Positions 1 to 13,433 of a stretch of DNA of 64,000 bases are shown piece after piece. How positions within the stretch are numbered: position 1 is the stretch's first letter; each line of letters starts with the position of its first letter. The stretch covers positions 39,680,001 to 39,744,000 of the forward strand of contig OX597833.1 in assembly GCA_951406725.2 (NCBI GenBank), read 5' to 3'. Under the pieces are notes generated by a model. That model saw only the letters and a program-made list of their open reading frames with translations, made no database searches and was not told the DNA's origin. The position numbers and the translations under genes are program-made. The stretch is from Octopus vulgaris (Eukaryota).

Positions 1-97
1 AAAAATCTGAATGCAAATCAGAAATCACACCACCATAATAATGCATAAAGAAATAACGCTGGGTCTGAAGTCCTCAAATGTAAAATGGAAAGAAGGC
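1..97 (-). CDS. candidate exon C of unidentified host gene (runs off window start)
   Basis: Minus-strand acceptor ttttttttcag at 108-98; phase-2 frame reads PSFHFTFEDFRPSVISLCIIMVV*; unique sequence, no homology recognised. Confidence 0.2.
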
Positions 98-299
98 CTG
101 AAAAAAAATGTTGTAGGACTGATAGTCGTAAGGAAATAGACTAGAAAGGCAAGTGTGCAAGTAGAGACATCTTGTAAGTTCATGATATAAAAGTCTGCTT
201 TTCTCTCTCCCCCAGTTTGTCTTTAATCTCTCCTTTTCTTCTGTGCACTGTTTTGCTCTCTGCCTTACTTTAATTTCGTCTCTCTCCAGCTCACACAAA

Positions 300-338
<39 letters not shown>

Positions 339-673
339 CCACACTTTCTTACAATTTCACTTAATAACCTATATATTGGAACACTGCAGTTATTAAACCT
401 CCTCATTTAAAACATTTAAAAATCATATCTCCAAAATGTTCATTTTAAATACCATTGAAAACAGAAAATAATCTTTATTTGTTTCATTTATTGTTTCACA
501 TTTAAATTTGTTTAGATTTATAAAATAAAATATTCAGGCATCATGCTCCATGAATTGAAATGCTAGTTTTCACAAGGTTTGTAATGAGCAAATAAAAAGA
601 AATCTCTCTTCCTTTCCCTTTGTTATTCTCCCTCCCTTCTTCCCTCTCTCCATATATATATATATATATATAT

Positions 674-973
674 TTCAATAATAATATTTAATTGTCATAT
701 TCTCAAATTTACACTTGAAATGCTGCGCTGAAGAGGTGAAATAAGTAAGTAAATATAGACCTTACTCTAATCCCGAAACGCGTTTGTGTCTAATCTAAGT
801 CATGTAGATTCGCTATTTTTTCTCTTTGCCCACGTAAAAAAAAGTGTGTTATAGTCTGGGAGATACTTATGGCAGTGGAAAAAGTATTTTAACTGCTATT
901 TCTAAATTTGGTGTGTGGCGAAGCAATTAGCTGACCCCCTGATTATAATTATGCTTATAATTATAGAATATTT

Positions 974-980
<7 letters not shown>
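674..980 (+). mobile_element. short Penelope-like element with degenerate hammerhead, flanked by (TA)n
   Basis: CTGAAGA(728-734) GG...CC GAAA(775-778) CGCG TT; inner hairpin agtaag/cttact; 3' end motifs ctgctattt and ccc..ttataatt resemble the element at 4656-4860. Confidence 0.45.
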
Positions 981-1013
<33 letters not shown>

Positions 1014-1153
1014 TGAGGTGGTATTAAAAAGTTCCCAGACTAGTTCTGTTGCGTGCCAACAGATGGCAGTACACAATTGCATGCACAGTGATAGCTAGTA
1101 GTGACCTTCATGAGGTGATGTGCTGAGTGATATCACTGTATTTACTTTGCAAG
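1014..1153 (+). mobile_element. mariner 5' terminal fragment
   Basis: TA then tgaggtggtattaaaaagttcccagactagttctg; matches the reverse complement of the 4300-4439 end of the mariner at 3532-4439. Confidence 0.7.
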
Positions 1154-1518
1154 TTCAGGTTCAGTCCCACTGTGTGGCACCTTGGGCAAGTGTCTTCTGC
1201 TATAGCCTCAGGCCGACCAAAGCCTTGTGAGTGGATTTGGTAGACGGAAACTGAAAGAAGCCCGTCGTATATATATATATATATGTGTGTGTGCGTGTGT
1301 GTGCGTATATGCTTGTGTGTATGTGTCCCCCCAACATCACTTGACAACCGATGCTGGTGTGTTTACATCCCCATAACTTAGCGGTTCGGCAAAAGAGATC
1401 GATAGAATAAGTACTAGGCTTTCAAAGAATAAGTCCTGGGGTCGATTTGCTTGACTAAAGGCAGTGCTCCAGCATATCTGCAGTCAAAATGACTGAAACA
1501 AGTAAAGGAGTAAAGGAA
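1152..1518 (+). mobile_element. SINE family A (dominant tRNA-derived SINE with internal microsatellite), 5'-truncated
   Basis: ggttcagtcccactg...accttgggcaagtg...(TA/TG)n...gactgaaacaagtaaa tail, shared by more than 20 copies in window. Confidence 0.9.
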
Positions 1519-1558
1519 TGTACATAATTACTCTTCTCTTAAATATAGAAATATATTC

Positions 1559-2206
<648 letters not shown>

Positions 2207-3140
2207 GTCAAATCAAATAAACAAACAATATCAAACAACAAAAGGACATGTACACAGAATGTAGGTATTAGTTTGATACTCAGTAAAAAGAGAGAGTTTT
2301 TGACATTACATCATCATAATCATCATCATCTTCCTCATCATCCTCATCATCATCATCTTTCATGGGCTTCTGTCATATACCAGTTCCACCTACAAGGCAT
2401 TAGTTGAACCACAGTTCGAGTGGAACACACTTTCACAAGGTACTCTGCAATGAGATAGAACTCAAAACCTCATGGTCACTATGTCAATTATATATCCACA
2501 CTATCCTCCTTGCACCTATGTATGTATGTATGTGTGTGTATGGCTTCCTGCAAATGGTTTTTCAATCTACCACCACAGGTTATTGTCTATCTTTATAATA
2601 CCTTTGTCTAGTTTTGAACATTTCTCTTTATTCCCGGAGTAGATGAAGAGACAAGGTACATTGTGTCAAAATGTTGTCTCATGTTTTCATTAGTTTGTAA
2701 TTTACTAGACTCTCCACAAATATATATTGCTTTTCAAAAGCAAAGTTTTGAACTTAGTGTTGAAAACCATGCTTTAATCAAAGTTAGTTCCAATTGATTC
2801 TATGCAGCTTTATCAATGAGCAACAAAAATCTTGTCCTGCAGGAAATTAGTATTTTGAGAATCAATGAACATCTTCAAAGACCATTCTGTAGCTGTCTGA
2901 GTTTTTCAAAAAGGTGTGATGGTCAAAGAATGCCTAAAAATCTTGAAAAAGCAATAAAAACATGCATGAGCAGGTATAGCTAAATGGTTAAGAAAATTCA
3001 TTCTACAAACATGTGGTCTGGATTCAGTCTCCATGTATGGCACATTGGATGAGGTTTTTTTTATGCAGGCACAGGTAGCTCAGGAAGCTAAGAAAACTTT
3101 TTTAAAGTATATGCATGCATGTATGCATTTATGTATTGCT

Positions 3141-3470
3141 AAGACCCCCTTCTGTCATGACTGACCATGGGTTTGCACCTAAAAAGTTACCCTCCCAGGC
3201 ACAAGTCCAGGCAAGGTTGTTTTATAGAAGACCAGCAGTCGCTCATGCATACCGGCCTCCCCTCTCCATGCAACCAGTATTTTCCAAGGGAAAGGCAAAG
3301 GCCAATACAGCTTGGCACCTGTGACATCGCAACTCATTTCTATAGCTGAGTGAACTGGAGCAATGTGAAATAAAGTGTCTTGCTCAAGAACACAACACGC
3401 ACCCCGGTCTGGGATTCGAACTCACAACCTCATGATTGTAAGCTCAATGCTCTAATCACTAAGCCATGCG
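3141..3470 (-). mobile_element. CORE-type tRNA-derived SINE (OR1/OR2-like)
   Basis: Minus strand: A box tggcttagtga, B box gttcgaatcc, then CORE-like tgtgttcttgagcaagacactttatttcacattgctccagttcactcagct. Confidence 0.8.
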
Positions 3471-3531
3471 AAAAACTCAACATGTATACATACACACATA
3501 CATATATATGTAAGTATTATGTATGTACGTA

Positions 3532-4439
<908 letters not shown>

Positions 4440-4655
4440 TATGTATGTATAAAACATGCAGCCAGTGTTGTGGATGGGGGAAGTTAGGCCACATATTTTG
4501 TGGACACATTTTATCAAAAGCCACATTCATGGTTCACCAGCAGAGGTACAATTATAAAATATAATTCTGTCTCAGTGCACAATGTTCTTAATAATGAGGG
4601 ATGGTCTTCCTCAGTGATGAGCAGACAGCCATTATATTCATATATATATATATTT

Positions 4656-5212
4656 AAATTATAACTTAGGGTATCTATGAGATACTGCCATGCTGAAAAT
4701 AGCAGCCAGGATTTAACTCTAAAACCACCTTCAGCTTCAAGGAGAGAAGACAAAAAGGCAAAATAAAACTAGTAAAAAATTTCTGGATAATTCCAGATTC
4801 CGGATTTCTGGCTTTGCATTTAGAAATGCTTTGCCTCATCAGTGAAATATACGCAGAGAGAAACATAAATACGTATTTATATACATACAACATGCGAATA
4901 CTTATATATACGAATGTATACATACATATATATATATGCACGTATGCAACACAACCAGTTTAAAATGCTCGCTTCTTAATTCCATGTGCAATATGGTTAA
5001 AACATCACCGCAGTAAATACAATGACGAAATAAATTTAAATTTATATAAGTAAGGATTAGATCGTTAATTTAAATTAAATAATTATCTTATCAAGTGGCC
5101 AGCATGGAAATGAAAACCTTCAAAGGTAATAATTATTATTAAAATTATAATGGCGGTATCTCGTATATACCCTAAGTTATAATTTTAATAATAATTATTA
5201 CCTTTGAAGGTT

Positions 5213-5213
<1 letters not shown>
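4656..5213 (-). mobile_element. Penelope-like composite with hammerhead and inverted terminal segments, inside (TA)n
   Basis: Hammerhead at 4790-4848; 4656-4691 is an inverted copy of 5150-5184; perfect 37-bp inverted repeat 5114-5150/5177-5213. Confidence 0.6.
4790..4848 (-). ncRNA. type I hammerhead ribozyme motif, intact core
   Basis: Minus strand ATTTCA CTGATGA GGC aaagcatttctaaatgcaaa GCC A GAAA TCCGGA ATC TGGAAT; stem I 6 bp with one GU, palindromic stem III loop. Confidence 0.75.
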
Positions 5214-5274
<61 letters not shown>

Positions 5275-5280
5275 CAAATA

Positions 5281-5492
5281 GTTATGTAACCACGTGTGTA
5301 CCATTGGCGATTTTTTCCTCCATCTTCCTTCCTTGGATCTTTCCTTTTCCTATGTTTCTGACGAAGAGTTCCGCTCGAAGCATTAAATCCTCCTTGTTTC
5401 TTTCCTTTCCTGAGCGTCCAATAACACTATACTTGTTCTACATCCTCACGTTGTTGTGTTTTCTCTTTGCGTTTTCATGTTTGGATTAACTT
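5281..5492 (+). mobile_element. short (TA)n-associated Penelope-like repeat with minimal hammerhead (family H1)
   Basis: tgttt CTGACGA AGAGTTCCGCTC GAAG CA TT AAA; homologous over about 210 bp to 52617-52828 and to 14875-14975. Confidence 0.6.
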
Positions 5493-5853
5493 TATATATA
5501 TATATTACAGGCTTATTTCAGTTTCTGTCTACCAAATCTGCTCACAAGGCATTTGGTCAGCCCAAGGCTATAGTAAAACACACTTGGCCAAGGTGCATCT
5601 ATGGTTTTTTTCTATACCTAAGAAACAGCAGGTGGAAACATAGACATCTGCCTGTTCTCTTCTACATATTTGCATCTGGGCACATGTGCATATGTTTAAG
5701 TGTGTGTATATATACATATATACATATATATGTATGTGTGTGTGTGTGTGAGTGCAGGTTTTTATGCTTTTTTAATTTTATTTTATATTGTAAATTAATC
5801 TCTTATTGTAAGCACAAATACACCTATCTATCTATCTATCTATCTGTCTGTCA

Positions 5854-5901
<48 letters not shown>

Positions 5902-5979
5902 GTCTGTCTGTCTGTCTAGCTATCTGTCTATCTATCTATATATATGTGTGTGCATATGTTTGTGTATATACATAAATAT

Positions 5980-6221
5980 ATAAAAATGAATAGAAAATGG
6001 AGATATATATAACACTTAGCAATTCAAAAATTAGGATTTAAAATTTATTAGCATAATAGTATATTGAATTATATTCTTATAATAATATAATATAATAAGT
6101 AATAAATATTAAATATTATTATAAGAATAGAATGTAATATACTATTATGCTAATAAATTTTAGATTTTAATTTTTGAATTGCCAATTATTATATATAGTT
6201 CCATTTTCTATTCATTTTTAT
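5980..6221. repeat. AT-rich fold-back, arms about 108 bp
   Basis: 5980-6088 is the reverse complement of 6113-6221 with scattered mismatches. Confidence 0.85.
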
Positions 6222-6307
6222 AAATTAATAAGTTTTTTTTCTCTGCAAAATTGAGTATTTAACTGTGGAACTAGTGAAAGATTGGATGTTTTCCATCCCT
6301 ATTATCC

Positions 6308-6451
6308 TTGTGGTAAGCAGCTTGCTTACCAGCCACAGAGTTCTGGGTTCAATCCCACTGCGTGGCACCTTGGGGGAAGTCTTCTGCTATAGCTTTGAGC
6401 CAACCAAAGCCTAGTGAGTGGATTTGGTAGACAGAAACAGAAAGAAGCCCG

Positions 6452-6489
<38 letters not shown>

Positions 6490-6678
6490 GCATGTTTGTG
6501 TGACTGTTCTTGAACCACCACCATCGCTTGACAACTGTTGTTGGTATGTCTACATCTCTGTAACTCAGCAGTTCAGCAAAAGTAACTGATAAATAAGTAC
6601 AAAGAATAAGTTCTGGGGTCAATTTCTTCCAGCATGGCCGCAGTCAAATGACTGAAACAAATAAAAGAGTAAAAGAGT
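6308..6678 (+). mobile_element. SINE family A
   Basis: Head, internal (TA)n and aaaagagtaaaagag tail. Confidence 0.9.
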
Positions 6679-6687
6679 ATATATACA

Positions 6688-6739
<52 letters not shown>

Positions 6740-6784
6740 CATCCATCCATCCATCCAAGCATCCATCCATCCATCCATCCATCC

Positions 6785-6835
<51 letters not shown>

Positions 6836-6889
6836 CATCCATCCATCCATCCAAGCATCCATCCATCCATCCATCCATCCATCTATCTA
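6688..6889. repeat. (TATC)n/(CATC)n compound microsatellite
   Basis: Direct reading; the TATC-CATC block occurs twice. Confidence 0.95.
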
Positions 6890-7044
6890 CGTGATCCCTT
6901 TTGATCATCCCCCCGCCCGATCCCTTTTGATAGGAATTTTACTTTTTTTCTTATTTTTCCCCTTTTTATCATTTTTGAAAAGAAAAGCTCTACATTTGTA
7001 TTTGTCCCCTCTGTGTTCAGCCCTGTGTGGCCAATAAGGAAAGT
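6890..7044 (+). mobile_element. non-LTR retroelement 3' tail inserted in (TATC)n
   Basis: Ends ttgtcccctctgtgttcagccctgtgtggccaataaggaaa; TATC repeats on both sides; same tail type as 29757-29800. Confidence 0.55.
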
Positions 7045-7949
7045 TATCTATCTATCTATCTATCTATCTAACTATCTATACATACATACATACATACAAC
7101 ATGCATACATACAACATGCATACATACAACATACATACGTACATATGTATGTTTGTGTGTATGAAAGGTGCACTTTCACTGGTTTCGCCTTACATCTCCT
7201 CCCACATTTATTTACTCCTACTACTATATACATGTTTGTGCTTATAAATGCACCCAACCTGCATATGTTCTGAAATACATCTGTATATGAGGTTTATATC
7301 TATATGCCCCGTCTCACACTTATTACCTATGTCAAATTAAATCATGGTTTTAAATATAATCACCTTATTTATATATCATTATTTGTCACTTTTTTTTATA
7401 AGACATAATTATTAAAATTCATCATCAACATACTCAGTAACTGCAATAGAAACAGCATTAAATTAAAATTGTCATCTATGGATCATACTAAATGTATATC
7501 CACTATTGAAAGTCATCATACTGTGCTTTGTGTCTGAGACAAAATCTCTTCACAGATGTGTCTGAAAATTACAATATATATATTTGAGTGAGGTGAACAT
7601 CATCACAGCAGTGGCATGCAAGAACAACAGATGCATTTCACTCCAATTAGTGCTTGTCAATACTATACACCCATTTGTCTCATACTAAGATGCCTCTTCT
7701 ATGTAAACAATATATTCATTGGAATCGTGAAAAGCTTGCCAGGCTGTAAATGATCTCAATGAACACTTCTTGAGCTACACTCTAGTCTCCCTTATACTCA
7801 CCTTCTAGTACTTTGAGAGTATGCCCTCATACATTCACACCATCATCTTCATTTCTCTTTCCAGGTTCTCCCACTTATCCTCATGTGATGTAGGATAACC
7901 ATGTATCTCCTCAGCAGCAAGTTTCTCTTCTTTTACATACTTTTTTCTC

Positions 7950-8176
7950 TCTCTTTTACTCTTTTACTTGTTTCAGTCATTTGACAGTGGCCATGCTGGA
8001 GCACCGCCTTTAGTCGAGCAAATCGACTCCAAGACTTATTCTTTGTAAGCCTAGTACTTATTCTATTGGTCTCTTTTGCCGAACCGCTAAGTTACGGGGA
8101 CGTAAACACTACAGCATCGGTTGTCAAGCGATGTTGGTGGGGGCACAGGCACAGACACACAAACATGCACACACAC

Positions 8177-8266
<90 letters not shown>

Positions 8267-8424
8267 GACGGGCTTTCTTTCAGTTTCTGTCTACCAAATC
8301 CACTCACAAGGCTTTGGTCGACTCGAGGCTATAGTAGAAGACACTTGCCCAAGGTGCCATGCAGTGGGACTGAACCTGGAGCCATGTGGTTGGTAAGCAA
8401 GCTACTTACCACACAGCCACTCCC
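7950..8424 (-). mobile_element. SINE family A
   Basis: Full-length, CpG-rich copy with long internal (TA)n. Confidence 0.92.
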
Positions 8425-8499
8425 ACGACTTTATTTTAATACTTTATTTTTGTCAACATCTATCATAAAGTAAACCCCATCTCTGCCACATTCCACCAC

Positions 8500-8712
8500 T
8501 CCATCAAGTGGGATTTATCTTTGTCTTCAAAGTTACTTGATGACCTCACAAGTGTTGGTGCCATGACAAAGCTCACAGTACATTCTGTAAAATGGTTGGC
8601 ATTAGAAAGGACACCCGGCCATAGGAACCTTACCAAAGCAGACGTTGGTCTGTTGAATCCTGTTGAACAGTTCAACCCATACCAACATGGAAGGCAGATT
8701 ACGAGGATGATG
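8500..8712 (+). mobile_element. RTE-type 3' UTR fragment
   Basis: tggttggcattagaaaggacacccggcc...caacccataccaacatggaa, short gat tail. Confidence 0.65.
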
Positions 8713-8741
8713 CGTGTGTGTATGTGTATGTGTATGCACGT

Positions 8742-8774
<33 letters not shown>

Positions 8775-9342
8775 GAAAGAGAGAGATGTACCTACAAAGC
8801 CACAGATAAATATGCATAAGTAAGTATGCATAATATATGTGTATGTATACACTGTATACACACAAACACACACACCCACACATTGAGATCTGTCTTTTAA
8901 AAGTTTGGAAATGTGAGTTGCATTACTTTTCCTCATCTGGTAACAAATCACCAGAAGACTATACATGTCAAATATAAGGTCGATTGATCAATATTTAGGG
9001 GCCCCACAGGGGCTCAAAATATTGATCAATCAATCAATCAATGGAGGCCAAATTTTACCATCTTTTTTTCATCTTCTTGGAGCAATAACTATATATTTTT
9101 TCTTTTAGCTGATTTTCATTCTGTCAGTAACTCTTTGCACAGAAAGAAAACACAATCTTATTGATTAAGGATATTTTTTATATAGTATCAGATGGTTATA
9201 AAGTTTGATTTTAAAATATAATCTTGAAAATTCTCGTGAATATGAATTTTACATAGCTGAATATTTGATTTATTTAACATCTTTTATGATATAATGATAT
9301 TATTAGTAGCAGTCATTGTAATATTCTTGTTTATAAGGTATA

Positions 9343-9555
9343 TACTCTTTACTCTTTTACTTGTTTCAGTCATTTGACTGCAGCCATACTGGCGCACCAC
9401 CTTTTAGTCGAGCAAATCGACCCCAGGACTTATTCTTTGTAAGCCTAGTACTTATTCTATCAGACTCTTTTGCCGAACTGCAAAGTTACGAGGACGTAAG
9501 CAGACCAGCATCGGTTGTCAAGCGATGTTGTGGGAGAACAAACACAGACACACAA

Positions 9556-9600
<45 letters not shown>

Positions 9601-9777
9601 CATATACATGTATATACGACAGGCTTCTTTCAGTTTCCGAATACCAAATCCACTCACAAGGCTTTGGTTGGTCCGGGGCTATAGTAGAAGACACTTGCCC
9701 CCAAGGTGCCATACAGTGGGACTGAACCCGGAACCATGTGGTTGGTAAGCAAGCTACTTACCACACAGCCACTCCTG
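9343..9777 (-). mobile_element. SINE family A
   Basis: Full-length similarity to family A. Confidence 0.92.
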
Positions 9778-9915
9778 ATAACAGTTAAATTAGAATTAGG
9801 TTAGCTTGAAATTTGTTACCTTAAAATTTGCAATTCCTGTATTTAAGTAACAAAAAAAAAATGATTCAGCAGAGAAAATTGATGGAAAGCTTTATAATAG
9901 ATATAACCTATATGC

Positions 9916-10117
9916 CAGGATAGATGTGGCTGTGTGAAACTTGTTTCCCAACTGCATGGTTCCATGTTCAGTTCCACTGTGTGACACCCTGAGCATGTGT
10001 CTTCTACTTGGGCTGACCAAAGCCTTGTGAATGGATTTGGTAGAGGGAAACTAAAAGAAGCCTGTCATATATATACATATATATGTGTGTGAGTATATAA
10101 ATATAATATATAGTAGG

Positions 10118-10168
<51 letters not shown>

Positions 10169-10390
10169 GTGTGTGTGTTTATCCTCTACCATTGCTTGAC
10201 AGCTGTTGTTAGTGTGTTTATGTCCCTGTAACAAAGCAGTTCAGCAAAAAGAGACCTATAGAATAAATACCAGGCTTATAAAGAAAGCAAATACCAGGGT
10301 CAATACATTTGACTAAAAATACTTAAAGGCAGTGCCCCAGCATGACCACAGCCTAATGACTGAAACAAGTAAAAAAAAAAAGATAAAAGA
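9916..10390 (+). mobile_element. SINE family A (older copy)
   Basis: Diverged head, internal microsatellite and tail. Confidence 0.85.
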
Positions 10391-10393
10391 ACC

Positions 10394-11192
10394 AGCAAAG
10401 ATGGTAAGCTGAAGGACTGCACCAGACTCCAGTCTGATTTGGCATGGTTCTCTACAGCTGGATGCCCTTCCTAATGCCAACCACTCTATTTACGTAATGG
10501 TTGCTTTTACGTACCATTATCAACTTGATAGGTCTTCTTCTCAAGCATGACATAATGCCAAAGGTCTCAGTCATTGCCTTCGTGAGGCCTAATGCTCAAA
10601 AGGAATTTGGCTACTTTGCCTCCGTGAAGCCCAACGCTTGAAAGGAACTTGGGCACTTCTGTGAGGCCCAATGTTCCAATGGTGCTCTTTATGTGTCACT
10701 GGCATGATACCAACATCAGCCACGACTATGATTTCACTTGACTTGACAGGTCCTCTCAAGCACAGGATGTCACCAAAAGTCTCAATCACTAGTTATTGCC
10801 TCTGTGAGGCTCAAATTTCGAAAATCATGCTTCATCACCTCATTGCACGTCTTCCTGGGTCTACTTCTACCACAGGTTCCCTCCACAGTTAGAGATCAGC
10901 ACTTTTTTACACAGTTGTCCTCATCCATATGCATCATATGACCATACCAGTACTGTCATTTCTCTTGCACACCACATCTGATGCCTCATGCCTAACTTTT
11001 CCCTCAAGATGTTTACACTCTGTCGAACATGCACACTGACATTGCACATCCAAAACAGCATACTGGCTTCATTTCTTTCAAGCATATGCATGTCCTCGGC
11101 TGTCACAGTCCATGTTTCACTCCCATGTAGCATCACTGTTCAGACAGAGATATCATACTATCTGCCTTTCACTCTGACAGAGAGACCCTTTG
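10394..11192 (-). mobile_element. RTE-clade LINE 3' fragment (RT C-terminus and 3' UTR)
   Basis: ORF MLHGSETWTVTAEDMHMLERNEASMLFWMCNVSV...LREKLG matches the RTE YGSETW...E.SMLRWM motif; UTR motif ggttggcattaggaagggcatccagc. Confidence 0.85.
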
Positions 11193-11637
11193 ATGCTTTT
11201 GCTGTTATGTTTTAAAGACGATTAAAGAATATTGGGATGCAGCAAGCATCCAAACCCACGATGTAAGACAAATTGGACTTGAAAGAAAATTAAAAATTAT
11301 AATTGAGAAATGAGGAAGATTAAATTACTAGGGAAAAAAGTCTATTTTTAATGGGCTTTGGACAAATTTTAAAGAAAAGCTTGGCAACTTATTTCATAAG
11401 GCTAAATATGATGCAGTCAAACAAACGAGCAAAAATATAGCAATATCTTTTTCAACACATAGTTTCACATCAGGAATTTTGCAAAACAAATTCATAAACA
11501 AAACGAAGAATAATTATGCAAAAATTGTACAATCCACAAATTTTAGAAAAGGGTACAAAGAGAATGTGTTTATTTGGATTGGTTGATTCAAAAAGTTTAG
11601 AAAACATAAATTGGCCCTGGAAAAAAATTAAAGCTTA

Positions 11638-11856
11638 CGAGGGGGTGCTGAAAAGTTCCTGGCTTTAAGGGTAACACGAAAAGCCTGGTTGGAGGACCAA
11701 CCCTCCGAGTTCTTTTACAGGGTTTAGAAAAACTGAAGGACCACTGCAATAAGTGGGTGAATCTGAGAAGGGGAATATATTGAATAAAATCATGATAAAC
11801 TGATTCTCCTGTATTTTCTTTTACCTAAACCAGGAACTTTTCAGCACCTATCTTTT
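11638..11856 (+). mobile_element. mariner-derived MITE
   Basis: TA then cgagggggtgctgaaaagttcctgg / ccaggaacttttcagcacc TIRs; interior encodes a transposase C-terminal remnant (WLEDQPSEF...LEKLKDHCNKWVNL..EYIE). Confidence 0.85.
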
Positions 11857-12401
11857 ATAATTGAGGAATGAGGTTGACTAAATTGTTTATTTTCAATCAG
11901 TTTTGGACAAATTTTATAGAAAATCTTCGTAACTTATTTGACAAAGCTGAATATGATGCAGTCAAACAAGTAAGCAAAGCAAAACTAAGGATGATTGTGC
12001 AAAAATTGAGTGATCTAGAAATTTTAGAAGAGTTTTAGTGGAAGCAAAGAGAATGTATTTAATTGAAATGGTTGAAAATTAATATTCATTAAATTTAGAA
12101 AACAAAAAAAAATTTTAAATATTCTAAAAACTTTTAAATATGAAGAAGATTTTTTGATAATTCAACTTTAACCAAACTTTAACAAGAATTTCTCCAGCTC
12201 TCAACCCATATCTAGTGTTTGAGATGATGGTAATTTAGTTAAATCTTATGACAAAACTAAAGTGCCCCCACCACCACCACCACCTCACCAAAAAAGAAAA
12301 GAAGGAAATATATGCAACAAGCTTAGTCTTCTTGATGTGAGACTGGTTAAATATTTTAGTAATGGAGAGAACAACTTCAGCAACATCCTATGCAGCAGGT
12401 T

Positions 12402-12762
12402 GTGGAGGCGCAATGGCCCAGTGGTTAGGGCAGCGGACTCGCGGTCATAGGATCGCGGTTTCGATTCCCAGACCAGGCGTTGTGAGTGTTTATTGAGCGA
12501 AAACACCTAAAGCTCCACGAGGCTCCGGCAGGGGGTGGTGGTGATCACTACTGTACTCTTTCACCACAACTTTCTCTCACTCTTACTTCCTGTTTCTGTT
12601 GTACCTGTATTTCAAAGGGCCGGCCTTGTCACTCTCTTAAGGGTACATGTGTCTGTGAAGTGCTCAGCCACTTACACATTAATTTCATGAGCAGGCTGTT
12701 CCGTTGACTCGGATCAACCGGAACCCTCGTCGTCGTAACCGACGGAGTGCTTCCATCCATCC
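12402..12762 (+). mobile_element. young tRNA-derived SINE with (CCAT)n tail
   Basis: A box tggcccagtgg, B box gtttcgattcc; 12-bp TSD atgcagcaggtt at 12390-12401 and 12763-12774. Confidence 0.92.
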
Positions 12763-12786
12763 ATGCAGCAGGTTCGGGAGAAAATC

Positions 12787-13243
12787 CTGATGATGATGAT
12801 GATAGTGGTGATTATGATGATGATGAGGAGAATAATTATAGTGGTAGAGATGATGATGATGATGATGAAAATGATGATAATGATGATTGTTGTGATGGTG
12901 ATGAGAATGATGATGAGCATGATGATCATGATGATGGTGGTGGTGGTGGTGGTGGTAGTGGTGATGATGACGTCAACAACAGTGATGATGAAGACGATGG
13001 TGATGATGACAACAATGATGATGATGACTGGCAATGATAACAATGACAATACCAGGCTGATGAAAACGAGACGATGACAATGATAATGTGGATGAAGGAC
13101 GCTGCGATGATGAGATGGATGCTAATAACGTCATTGACACTGATGACTATGACAGCAAAGACAACAACCGCAACAATGATGATTACAAGGGCAATGACAA
13201 TAACATTGATGATAACAGTGATAGCAGCAGCAGCAGCAGTGGC

Positions 13244-13293
<50 letters not shown>

Positions 13294-13380
13294 GGAGTGC
13301 TGGTGGTAGTGGTAGTAGTAGTGGTGGTGGTGGTGGTGGTGGGGGTGGTGGGGTTGACAATGACAACAGTGATGACGATA
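12787..13380. repeat. (GAT/GGT/GTA)n degenerate trinucleotide low-complexity tract
   Basis: Direct reading. Confidence 0.95.
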
Positions 13381-13433
13381 ATATATGTTTTAATAAATTC
13401 ATATATTTAAACTGTCTCCCAATAAAATATCAC

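Noticed and set aside
7480-7920. Possible very old RTE reverse-transcriptase remnant on the minus strand
   Set aside because: Only faint motif resemblance with many stops; not supportable by eye
8066-8473. Recurrent peptides such as YQIHSQGFGRPEAIVEDTCPRCH suggesting a gene family
   Set aside because: Incidental translation of SINE family A; frames and stops vary between copies
12402-12480. Functional tRNA genes at SINE heads
   Set aside because: No proper acceptor stem or terminator; followed by SINE bodies and bounded by TSDs
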